A stretch of 64,000 nt of DNA, from contig JANQJY010000049.1 in NCBI GenBank assembly GCA_028281385.1, forward strand, positions 507-64,506, given 5' to 3'. The translations under genes were made by a program, and so were the position numbers. This document shows, one piece after another, positions 1 to 8,804 of the stretch. Source of the DNA: Rickettsiales bacterium. Lineage in GTDB: Bacteria; Pseudomonadota; Alphaproteobacteria; Rickettsiales; UBA3002. How positions within the stretch are numbered: position 1 is the first letter of the stretch; every line of letters begins with the position of its first letter. The notes beneath the pieces are model-generated. The model saw only the letters and a list, made by a program, of their open reading frames with translations, searched no databases and was not told where the DNA came from.

Positions 1-429
1 GACAATCGCGTCGAGGAATTCAAACAGCGCGGTGCGGAACTGATCGGTGTGAGCGTTGATTCACATTTCACCCATGCGGCCTGGCGCAACACGCCGGTGA
101 ATAAAGGTGGTATCGGCGAAGTCAAATTCCCGATGGTCGCTGACATTACCAAAGCCATCGCGCGCGATTATGATGTCCTGCTGAATGATTCGGTCGCTTA
201 CCGCGGCACCTTCATGATCGACGGCAACGGCATCGTGCGTCATCAGATCGTCAATGATCTGCCACTCGGCCGTAACGTCGAGGAAGCAATCCGTATGATC
301 GATGCGCTGCAATTCACCGAAGAGCATGGCGAAGTCTGCCCGGCGGGATGGCAGAAAGGCGAGACCGGCATGAAACCGACAGCGGAAGGCGTGGCCTCTT
401 ACCTTGCTGAGAACGCCGCCAATCTGTAA
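1..429 (+). CDS. ahpC: 2-Cys peroxiredoxin (AhpC/TSA family), 5'-truncated by the window edge
   Basis: Frame is open from position 1; motifs SVDSHFTH, DLPLGRNVEE and GEVCPAGW (resolving Cys). Confidence 0.93.
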   Translation, partial: DNRVEEFKQRGAELIGVSVDSHFTHAAWRNTPVNKGGIGEVKFPMVADITKAIARDYDVLLNDSVAYRGTFMIDGNGIVRHQIVNDLPLGRNVEEAIRMIDALQFTEEHGEVCPAGWQKGETGMKPTAEGVASYLAENAANL

Positions 430-453
430 TCACCCTTATTTCGGAGCAGGATC

Positions 454-1431
454 ATGGCCAAAGAGCCGCAGACTCATAACAGTAAAGTCCTGATTATCGG
501 CTCAGGCTCTGCTGGCTGTACGGCGGCGATTTATGCTGCACGCGCCGGTCTTTCTCCGATTATGGTGCATGGCATGCAGCCGGGCGGTCAACTGACTATT
601 ACCACCGAGGTCGAGAATTATCCCGGCTTTGCCGAAGTGATTCAGGGTCCGTGGTTGATGGAACAGATGGAAGCACAGGCTAAGAATGTCGGCACAGAGA
701 TTATCCATGATGTCATTACATCGGTTGACCTATCAAAACGGCCTTTTGTCGCCAAAGGTGATTCGGGTGACAGCTATGTCGGTGATACACTGATTATTGC
801 CACCGGTGCCTCAGCGCGCTGGCTCGGACTTGACAGCGAAAGCAACTTCCAGAATTTCGGTGTCTCCGCCTGTGCCACCTGCGATGGGTTTTTCTTCAAG
901 GATAAGGAAGTCGTGGTGATCGGCGGTGGCAACACTGCGGTCGAAGAAGCGCTGTTCATGGCCAATCTGGCTTCGAAAGTGACATTGATTCATCGTCGCG
1001 ATTCCCTGCGTGCGGAAAAGATTCTGCAGGAGCGATTATTCAAGAATGACAAGATTTCCGTGTTATGGGATCATGTCGTTGAAGAATTTTTGGGTGAGAA
1101 TGACCCGCCGAATCTGACCGGCGTGCGTGTGAAGCATGTTAAAACCGACGAGACATCTGAATTGAAAACCGACGGCGCCTTCGTCGCCATCGGTCATGAC
1201 CCCAATAGCAATGTCTTCAAAAATACTGAGTTGGAAATGGATAAAGAGGGCTATCTTATCGTTACACCTGGTACAACCGCAACGAATATTCCCGGCGTTT
1301 ATGCCGCTGGCGATATTCAAGATAAGATCTATCGCCAGGCTGTTACTGCCGCCGGTATGGGATGCATGGCCGCACTGGAGGCCGAAAAATTCCTTGCCGA
1401 ACATGAGGATGCATCCAGCGCTGCGGCCTAA
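454..1431 (+). CDS. trxB: Thioredoxin-disulfide reductase
   Basis: IIGSGSAG FAD motif, CATCDG redox centre, GGGNTAVEEA NADPH motif. Confidence 0.98.
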   Translation: MAKEPQTHNSKVLIIGSGSAGCTAAIYAARAGLSPIMVHGMQPGGQLTITTEVENYPGFAEVIQGPWLMEQMEAQAKNVGTEIIHDVITSVDLSKRPFVAKGDSGDSYVGDTLIIATGASARWLGLDSESNFQNFGVSACATCDGFFFKDKEVVVIGGGNTAVEEALFMANLASKVTLIHRRDSLRAEKILQERLFKNDKISVLWDHVVEEFLGENDPPNLTGVRVKHVKTDETSELKTDGAFVAIGHDPNSNVFKNTELEMDKEGYLIVTPGTTATNIPGVYAAGDIQDKIYRQAVTAAGMGCMAALEAEKFLAEHEDASSAAA

Positions 1432-1507
1432 CCCTAGGGTTGCAAAAAAATCATAGCTTGGCTTTTTCCTGAAATGCTTCTATAGTGCGCTGCAACATTA
1501 TCATAAT

Positions 1508-2419
1508 ATGATCGGCACGCAGAAGATGGATTGGGACAAACTCAGAACCTTTTATACCGTCGCACAATCAAAAAGCCTGACCAAGGCGGCTGAGTCCCTG
1601 TCGATCAGCCAGTCTGCCATCAGCCGTCAGATCAGCGCCGTGGAATCCGATGTCGGCGTTACCTTGTTCCACCGCCACGCACGCGGATTATTGCTGACCG
1701 AACAGGGCGAAATCCTGTTCCGCACGGTCGCAGAAGTAGTCAACAAGCTACAAACCACCCAGAGCATTCTCGCCGAAACGTCCGAACGCCCACGCGGGCC
1801 GTTTCATATTACCGCTCCGGCAGCGATCGGCACTATCTGGCTCACGACAGTGATGAAGGAATTCACCAGCCTGTATCCTGATATTGAAGTCACGCTTTTC
1901 TGCGAAGACGAAGAGAGAGACCTGTCGATGCGTGAAGCCGATGTCGCCATCCGGTTATACCCGTCCAAACATCCCGATTTGGTGCAGAAAAAACTCGTCT
2001 CGCTGTCGAACAGCCTTTACGCATCGAATGATTACCTACATGAATACGGCACGCCGACCAGCATCGAAGCATTAAAAAGCCATCGAATTATCAGTTTCAG
2101 CAAATCATCTCAACTCCCCTTTCCGGAAGTAAACTGGCTGCTCAATCTGCCAGAAGTAAAGAAGCTGAAAATAAAACCAATCTTTCAAACCAACAGCTTA
2201 AACAGCATGCGCCGCGCCGTAAAAACAGGTATCGGCATTGCTGCCCTGCCGGACTATCTGATGTATCGTGCCCGTCATATCAGCCGATTGCTGCCTGATT
2301 TAAAAGCGCCGGAAACAAATGCTTATTTCGTCTATCCCGTTGAGTTAAAGAATTCCCGTCGTATTGCCGTTTTTAAAAATTTCATCACACGCAAATTGGC
2401 CGAATATAATTTTCATTGA
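1508..2419 (+). CDS. LysR-family regulator, probable LsrB/VtlR orthologue
   Basis: N-terminus MDWDKLRTFY...SQSAISRQ...LFHRHARGLLLTEQGE resembles rhizobial LsrB/VtlR; lies directly downstream of trxB as in Rhizobiales. Confidence 0.9.
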   Translation: MIGTQKMDWDKLRTFYTVAQSKSLTKAAESLSISQSAISRQISAVESDVGVTLFHRHARGLLLTEQGEILFRTVAEVVNKLQTTQSILAETSERPRGPFHITAPAAIGTIWLTTVMKEFTSLYPDIEVTLFCEDEERDLSMREADVAIRLYPSKHPDLVQKKLVSLSNSLYASNDYLHEYGTPTSIEALKSHRIISFSKSSQLPFPEVNWLLNLPEVKKLKIKPIFQTNSLNSMRRAVKTGIGIAALPDYLMYRARHISRLLPDLKAPETNAYFVYPVELKNSRRIAVFKNFITRKLAEYNFH

Positions 2420-2452
2420 AATACAAAGATTTGAGAGGTCTTCGCCAAGATA

Positions 2453-2516
2453 TGCATTTTTTGCAATTCACATAGATGCATTTTTCCATTGAAAAGTTAA
2501 TTTAAATTAATAATAT
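2453..2516 (+). promoter_or_regulatory. LysR-type T-N11-A box and sigma70-like promoter for the downstream sRNA
   Basis: Dyad TGCATTTTTTGCA at 2453-2465; TTGAAA (2489-2494), 16 nt, TAATAT (2511-2516). Confidence 0.5.
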
Positions 2517-2522
2517 GCCGCT

Positions 2523-2687
2523 TCCAAATCACTTAGTCATAGCATGATATGTTGATTTGGTGCCAGCCTTACCGGGCTGGCCCCCGGGCCGTTTCGGCCC
2601 ATTACTGCCCGATAACGCAATGTTATCGTGGCGAGTAGCCTCCCTGTTAATCTCGCCGGGCTTTGTTAAAAAGTCCGGTATTTTTTT
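2523..2687 (+). ncRNA. Candidate AbcR-like small RNA
   Basis: Four consecutive hairpins, unpaired anti-SD-like CCTCCC motif (2639-2644), terminator hairpin plus T7; position downstream of trxB-LysR matches abcR loci. Confidence 0.6.
2655..2687 (+). terminator. Rho-independent terminator
   Basis: GCCGGGCTTT...AAAGTCCGGT stem followed by TTTTTTT. Confidence 0.7.
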
Positions 2688-2716
2688 ACTTAAAAAGAAT
2701 GTTTAGCTTTTAACCT

Positions 2717-3919
2717 TTAGCTTAACGCTGCGCAGGCTTCGGCAATACGCTCACAGGCTGTCTTAAGCGCTTCATCCGAGGTAGCATAGGAAATGCGGAA
2801 AAAACCATCCATTCCAAAGGCGCTGCCGGCAACGGTACCAACCAACGCTTGTTCCAGCAGATAGCTGCTGAAGGCAATGCTGTCGGCAATGGTCTCTCCC
2901 AAGGGTGTTTTTTTGCCGATAAAGGCGGAACAATCGGGAAACACATAAAAAGCGCCATCCGGTTTGGCACAATGGATGCCGTCAATGGCATTCAGCTTTT
3001 CTATCACCAGATCCTGGCGTTTTTTGAATGCCGGAATCCAGTCCTTCAGAAAATCACGCGAACCGGTCAGCCCGGCCACCGCCGCTGCCTGCGAAATGGA
3101 ACAGGCATTCGATGTGCTGTGCGACTGAATCGAACTGATAGCTTTAATCAGCCATTGCGGCCCAGCACCATAACCAATACGCCAGCCTGTCATGGAATAG
3201 GCTTTCGAGACGCCATTAACTGTCAGCGTTCTGTCATATAGCTCTGGCTCCACCTGCGCCGGAGTGACAAATTCAAACTCGTCATAGACCAGATATTCAT
3301 AAATATCATCAGCCATGATCAGCACCTGCGGGTGTTGTTTCAACACATCGGTCAGTGCTTTCATTTCATCACATGTATAGCCGGCACCGGTCGGGTTGGA
3401 AGGTGAATTCAAAATTACCCAGCGGGTTTTTTCGGTGATAGCGGCTTCCAGCGCTTCCGGCTGCAGTTTAAATCCATTCTTCGCCGAAGATTCGACAAAA
3501 ACCGGTGTCCCTTCGGCAATGATCACCATATCCGGATAGGACACCCAGTAAGGCACCGGAATGATCACCTCATCACCGGGATTGACCGTTGCCAGCAACG
3601 CATTGAACAACACCTGTTTGGCACCATTGCCCACGACAATCTGTGATGGAGCATAATCCAGCCCGTTATCCGTCTTGAATTTGGCACAGACTGCCTCTTT
3701 CAGTTCCGGTGTACCTGCCGCTGCGGTATATTTGGTTTTACCATCGTGAATTGCCTTGATCGCCGCTTCCTTGATATGATCCGGCGTATCGAAATCCGGC
3801 TCACCGGCAGCCAGCCCGATCACATCCTTTCCCGCAGCGCGCAATTCTGCCGCCTTGGCTGTTACCGCCATCGTCGGTGACGGTTTAATCGCGCTCAGGC
3901 GCTTTGCAATATCACTCAT
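2717..3919 (-). CDS. aspC: Aspartate aminotransferase (class I/II PLP-dependent)
   Basis: GEPDFDTP, NSPSNPTG, DDIYE and SKAYSMTGWRIG (PLP lysine) motifs. Confidence 0.95.
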   Translation of the reverse strand: MSDIAKRLSAIKPSPTMAVTAKAAELRAAGKDVIGLAAGEPDFDTPDHIKEAAIKAIHDGKTKYTAAAGTPELKEAVCAKFKTDNGLDYAPSQIVVGNGAKQVLFNALLATVNPGDEVIIPVPYWVSYPDMVIIAEGTPVFVESSAKNGFKLQPEALEAAITEKTRWVILNSPSNPTGAGYTCDEMKALTDVLKQHPQVLIMADDIYEYLVYDEFEFVTPAQVEPELYDRTLTVNGVSKAYSMTGWRIGYGAGPQWLIKAISSIQSHSTSNACSISQAAAVAGLTGSRDFLKDWIPAFKKRQDLVIEKLNAIDGIHCAKPDGAFYVFPDCSAFIGKKTPLGETIADSIAFSSYLLEQALVGTVAGSAFGMDGFFRISYATSDEALKTACERIAEACAALS

Positions 3920-4928
3920 CCAATCCTCCCGTTTCCGTGGTGATAGTTATGTCATTCTCCAGCATGTCTTCGATGACCTGATCCAGGAGGACATCATCCA
4001 CCTGTTCTTCTGTGTAGGGTATCCGCAGCAGTTCGACAATGGCAATTTCATCTCTGGGGAAAGGCAGGCCGGAATCTGTATCATTCTGATAACTCGGGGG
4101 GATCATCAATCGCCGGGCTTCCTGATATTTCATTCCGAATAATCCGCGGTCGATGCCATGACCGAATTCACCCTGACCAACCGTTGTGACAAACGGTCCG
4201 CCTTGTACTTGCGAATCATAAAGCAACACTCCGGCGGCATTATAAAGGCGCAGGAGAAAAGCGATCTCATCCCCGCAACTGGCATGAACATGCAGACCCC
4301 GATATGGCTCGATACCTTTTACTATGGTTTCCGAAGAAAACCGCAATGTCTCATTGGCCCTCGGCGAAAGGTCTTTCAGTTCAAACAGGAATGGGACCAT
4401 CGGTGCATCGACATCATCAAATTCCTTATGCGGCCAGACCAGTTTCGGCCCAAATGCAAGGAAGCGTGTGCCGCCCAGCTTCATGCCGCGCACTCCAAGT
4501 TGCCAGCTTTCACGTGTTGTCCCGTCGCCAATGATAAAGGTGATTGGTTCTTCCGGCGCCTCCGGCGACATTTGGTAATAGTCCTCAATTCCCTCTTCTC
4601 GCGCCCGCTTTTCCAAATAGGTGATTTTTACCGTGACCTGCTGACCGCACATGGCGATGTCACCAGTTCCTTCACGTATTTCTTCATAATCCACATCGGA
4701 AGCGAATTCCGGATCAATCACTCGATGCCAGCGGTCGATACTGAAAAACTCTTTTATTTCCGGATAGTTTTTAAGGCCGAGATCTTCTTCCTCTCCGGCG
4801 GGGGAAATACTATCCGGTGTTTTATCCTTTTCTTCCACATAACCGACAAATACCATGTAAAGAAGAAACAATCCTACCAGCCAACGTACCCAGTCCGGTG
4901 TATGTGGATCTTTTTTAAACAGTGCCAT
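3912..4928 (-). CDS. Membrane-anchored protein with two FKBP-type PPIase-like domains
   Basis: N-terminal hydrophobic segment; two GxxGMKxGxxR-like FKBP segments (GVRGMKLGGTR, GLFGMKYQEARRLMIPP). Confidence 0.7.
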   Translation of the reverse strand: MALFKKDPHTPDWVRWLVGLFLLYMVFVGYVEEKDKTPDSISPAGEEEDLGLKNYPEIKEFFSIDRWHRVIDPEFASDVDYEEIREGTGDIAMCGQQVTVKITYLEKRAREEGIEDYYQMSPEAPEEPITFIIGDGTTRESWQLGVRGMKLGGTRFLAFGPKLVWPHKEFDDVDAPMVPFLFELKDLSPRANETLRFSSETIVKGIEPYRGLHVHASCGDEIAFLLRLYNAAGVLLYDSQVQGGPFVTTVGQGEFGHGIDRGLFGMKYQEARRLMIPPSYQNDTDSGLPFPRDEIAIVELLRIPYTEEQVDDVLLDQVIEDMLENDITITTETGGLDE

Positions 4929-4958
4929 AGAAGCACTATACCTGATGGTCGACAGAAG

Positions 4959-6059
4959 TTAAACATTGAAGCGGAAATGAAAGATATCGCCATCCCGCAC
5001 TTCATACTCCTTACCTTCAAGACGCAGTTTCCCGGTTTCCTTCGCCCCGCCTTCGCCGCCACAGGCGATATATTCTTCATAGGCAACCGTTTCGGCACGA
5101 ATAAAACCTTTTTCAAAATCGGTATGGATTACGCCTGCCGCTTCCGGCGCTTTTGCGCCTTTGCGTACCGTCCAGGCGCGTGCCTCCTTCGGCCCGGCAG
5201 TAAAGAAAGTGAGCAGATCAAGTAACCCATATCCTTCACGGATAATGCGCGTCAGCCCGGTTTCCTTCAATCCCAGACTTTCCAGATATTCCTGTTTTTC
5301 CTGGTCTTCCAGCCCGGCCAGTTCTTCTTCGATTTTAGCGGAAATGATTACTACCGGCGCCTGCTTTTCCGCCACCATGGCCGCCACTTTCTCAGACAAC
5401 GCATTACCGCCTGCCGCAGCATCCTCCTCGACATTGCACACATACATGGCCGGTTTACTGCTCAGCAGTTGCAGCATCCTGACCTGTTTTGCCGCAAACG
5501 CATCCTTCGCCTGATAGTGATAAGCCGGTGTGCCTTCTTCCAGCAAATGGCATATCGCCTCGACAATCGGCATCAACGCCTTGGCTTCCTTATCCTGACC
5601 GCGAATCTTTTTTTCCAGATTGGCTTTGCGTTTCTCAAGGCTCTCCAGATCAGCAAGAATCAGCTCGGTCTCAATAATCTCCGCATCGCGCAACGGATCG
5701 ACCGATCCTTCCACATGCGTAATATCATCATCTTCAAAACAACGCAGCATATAGATAATCGCATCAACTTCGCGGATATGGCTCAGAAATTGATTGCCCA
5801 GCCCTTCTCCTTTACTGGCACCGCGCACCAGCCCGGCAATATCGACAAATTCAAGCTGCGTCGGCAGAATCGCTGCCGATTTGGCCAGCACGGCAATCTT
5901 ATCCAGACGCTCATCCGGCACGGCAACCCGCCCGACATTCGGCTCAATCGTACAGAAAGGATAATTCGCCGCTTCGGCCGATTGTTGCGACAGCAACGCG
6001 TTGAACAGAGTTGATTTGCCGACGTTTGGCAGACCAACAATACCACAATTAAATCCCAT
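4959..6059 (-). CDS. ychF: Redox-regulated ATPase YchF
   Basis: GIVGLPNVGKST, NYPFCTIEPN, DIAGLVRGASKGEGLGNQFL. Confidence 0.98.
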   Translation of the reverse strand: MGFNCGIVGLPNVGKSTLFNALLSQQSAEAANYPFCTIEPNVGRVAVPDERLDKIAVLAKSAAILPTQLEFVDIAGLVRGASKGEGLGNQFLSHIREVDAIIYMLRCFEDDDITHVEGSVDPLRDAEIIETELILADLESLEKRKANLEKKIRGQDKEAKALMPIVEAICHLLEEGTPAYHYQAKDAFAAKQVRMLQLLSSKPAMYVCNVEEDAAAGGNALSEKVAAMVAEKQAPVVIISAKIEEELAGLEDQEKQEYLESLGLKETGLTRIIREGYGLLDLLTFFTAGPKEARAWTVRKGAKAPEAAGVIHTDFEKGFIRAETVAYEEYIACGGEGGAKETGKLRLEGKEYEVRDGDIFHFRFNV

Positions 6060-6632
6060 TTATTTCCCTCCCGACAGCAGCGCTATCTTGCTCATAAAGG
6101 CTTCCGGCCCATCGGTAAAAAACAGCTTGATCTGCCGTGCAATATCGTCCAGCAACGGATCAATGAGGTTCCGGTCCGCTTTGGAAAAATCACTCAACAC
6201 ATAATTGCTGACCTGATCCTTGTCGCCGGGGTGATCGATACCGATACGCAATCGCCAATAATCCTTGCCGATATGGCAATCAATATCACGCAGTCCATTA
6301 TGGCCACCATGGCCACCGCCCTGCTTTATCCGAAGTTTGCCTGTCGGCAGATCCAGTTCATCATGCATCACCAGTATTTGCTCTGGCGGAATATCATAAT
6401 AAGACGCCATTTGCCCCACTGCCCTGCCGGAGTGATTCATAAATGTTGCCGGTTTGGCAAGAAGCATTTTGTCTCCAGCCAGACGGATATCGGTATGCTC
6501 AGCAGAAAATTTTTTCCGCCAGCCCGCATCGCCATAGCCCTCGGCCAGACGGTCCGCCAGCATAAACCCTACATTATGACGATGGTGTTGATATTGTTTC
6601 CCGGGATTGCCAAGCCCTACCAAAAGCCACAT
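6060..6632 (-). CDS. pth: Peptidyl-tRNA hydrolase
   Basis: VGLGNPG, RHNVGF, HDELDL, GGHNGLR. Confidence 0.98.
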   Translation of the reverse strand: MWLLVGLGNPGKQYQHHRHNVGFMLADRLAEGYGDAGWRKKFSAEHTDIRLAGDKMLLAKPATFMNHSGRAVGQMASYYDIPPEQILVMHDELDLPTGKLRIKQGGGHGGHNGLRDIDCHIGKDYWRLRIGIDHPGDKDQVSNYVLSDFSKADRNLIDPLLDDIARQIKLFFTDGPEAFMSKIALLSGGK

Positions 6633-6656
6633 GGCAAACCTCTTCCCGCAAAGGCG

Positions 6657-7316
6657 TTACTCGGCCTTTTTCTCTTCTTTCTTCTCACCTTTCGTCGCTG
6701 ATTCCTCACCAGCCTCAGCACCTTCTGCTGCTGCAGTCTCTTCCTCATCCTTCTTACCGCGGCCGGTAATGGCTGCCAGCGTAAAGTCACGGTCAATCGA
6801 CGATTTTACGCCTTCAGGAAGGGTGACGCTGCTGATATGAACCGAATCGCCGATATTCACTTCCAACAAATCCACTTCGAGGAAAGACGGGATATGATTG
6901 ACGTTACAGACCAACTCGACATCGTGGCGGACAATATTCAGCGCACCACCGCGTTTGATGCCTTTCGAACGTTCACGGTTAATGTAACGCACCGGTACTT
7001 TCACCGTCACCGTTGATTCATCAGTAACCTTGAGGAAATCGACATGTTCCACCTTGTCCGATACCGGATGCAACTGAACATCGCGCGGCAGGACATGATA
7101 GCTCTCACTTCCCAGTTTGACTTCCACCAGCTTGTTGAAAAAGCCGCCTTTGAAATATTCGCGGACAACGTCTTTTTCTTCGATCGCAATCGAGACGTTC
7201 TCTTTCAATTCACCATAGACAATCGCAGGTACTTTACCGGCACGGCGCAATGCGCGTGCAGAACCCTTGCCTGCTGTTTCCCGTTTTGCCGCTTCAAACG
7301 TAATGGCCGCTTGCAT
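6657..7316 (-). CDS. rplY: 50S ribosomal protein L25/general stress protein Ctc
   Basis: GKGSARALRRAGKVPAIVYG, HVDF; synteny with pth and prs. Confidence 0.97.
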   Translation of the reverse strand: MQAAITFEAAKRETAGKGSARALRRAGKVPAIVYGELKENVSIAIEEKDVVREYFKGGFFNKLVEVKLGSESYHVLPRDVQLHPVSDKVEHVDFLKVTDESTVTVKVPVRYINRERSKGIKRGGALNIVRHDVELVCNVNHIPSFLEVDLLEVNIGDSVHISSVTLPEGVKSSIDRDFTLAAITGRGKKDEEETAAAEGAEAGEESATKGEKKEEKKAE

Positions 7317-7404
7317 GTTTCATTCTCCATTTTTTCAGAAAGGGCCGCATCTATAGCGGTTTGGCACCTATTAGTCAAATGCTAAGTGAAGGATTTATTT
7401 ACGT

Positions 7405-8340
7405 TTAATCAAACAGGCTTGAAACTGAGGTTTCGCTGCTGATGCGCTGGACTGCTTCCGCCAGCAGGGGCGCTACCGACACGACCCTGATATTCTTACA
7501 TTTCCTGGTTTTTTCCGCAGGGTTGATCGTATCACTGATCACCAGCGACGACAGTTTGGAATTGGTCACTCGCTCAACCGCATTGCCTGACAGCACCCCA
7601 TGTGTGACATAAGCCGAAACACTGGAGGCTCCTCTGGACACCAGTTCCTCCGCCGCATTGCATAATGTGCCGGCGGAATCGACAATATCATCAAACAGAA
7701 TACAATGACGTCCGTCGACATCGCCGATAATATGCATCACTTCCGACACACCAGCGCGTTCGCGGCGCTTATCGACAATTGCTAGGTCGGCATTGAGACG
7801 GCTCGCCAACGCTCTAGCCCGCACCACTCCGCCAACATCGGGCGAGACAATGACCAGCTCATCCGTCTTATCAAACTGTTCTTTTATATCGGCAATGATC
7901 ACTGGCCTGGCATAAAGATGATCGAGCGGAATATCGAAAAACCCCTGAATCTGTCCGGCATGCAAGTCGATCGTCAACACCCGGTCGGCACCAGCCGAAG
8001 TAATGATATTGGCAATCAGTTTCGCGGAGATCGGCGTTCTTGGTCCGGGTTTACGGTCCTGTCTGGCATAGCCGTAATAGGGAATCACCGCCGTCACGCG
8101 CTGTGCCGAGGCACGTTTAAGCGCATCCAGACAGACCAGCAATTCCATGATATTGTCATTGGACGGATAGGAGGTGGATTGAATCAGGAACACGTCCTCT
8201 CCGCGCACATTCTCCTGAATCTCGACAAATACCTCGTCATCAGAAAAGCGGCGAATCGCTGCATTCGACAGGGGTTTGTCCAAATACACTCCCATCGCTT
8301 CGGCAAGCGGGCGGTTACTGTTACCGGAAATAAGCTTCAT
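7405..8340 (-). CDS. prs: Ribose-phosphate pyrophosphokinase
   Basis: [34 protein letters not shown]; start moved to the ATG at 8340 (MKLISGNSN). Confidence 0.97.
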   Translation of the reverse strand: MKLISGNSNRPLAEAMGVYLDKPLSNAAIRRFSDDEVFVEIQENVRGEDVFLIQSTSYPSNDNIMELLVCLDALKRASAQRVTAVIPYYGYARQDRKPGPRTPISAKLIANIITSAGADRVLTIDLHAGQIQGFFDIPLDHLYARPVIIADIKEQFDKTDELVIVSPDVGGVVRARALASRLNADLAIVDKRRERAGVSEVMHIIGDVDGRHCILFDDIVDSAGTLCNAAEELVSRGASSVSAYVTHGVLSGNAVERVTNSKLSSLVISDTINPAEKTRKCKNIRVVSVAPLLAEAVQRISSETSVSSLFD

Positions 8341-8524
8341 AGAAATACTCTGAATATTGTCAAACCTGCTCTTAGCATGATCCTGTGAAATGTAAATGCT
8401 CATCCGCAGGAACAAGCATGCCTGTCAGACATATTGTTTTTAGTCGTAGATGAAATAAGCAGATTAAATTTCTGAAACTCATTTATTATTTCAAAAGACA
8501 TTTTAATCTGTCTTTGTTAAATTG

Positions 8525-8734
8525 TTGTTCACAGACCGTGCCCATGTGACAGACATGCAACAAGCTATGCATTTTTTGCATAGCACAATTGCATATTCCT
8601 GATATGGAACATAGCAGACATCTGTAAAAACAATGGGTTATCTTGTCTGCCCAAAAATTGGGCAAATGACTTTTTCTGTGCTTTGTCTGGCAGATAAATC
8701 ACAGGGGTTGTTTTTATATACAGAGTTATCCACA
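8525..8734 (+). promoter_or_regulatory. DnaA-box cluster in the prs-uvrC intergenic region
   Basis: Perfect TTATCCACA at 8726-8734; one-mismatch TTATATACA (8714-8722) and TTGTTCACA (8525-8533). Confidence 0.45.
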
Positions 8735-8804
8735 GCTTTCGGGGATAGATTTGTGAGTCTTTGTATTTCTTCATTTTTATATTCATTCCCTTTAGACCAT
8801 CTTT

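Noticed and set aside
4158-5225. 355-aa plus-strand ORF
   Set aside because: Antisense shadow of ychF and the FKBP-like gene, with no recognisable protein features.
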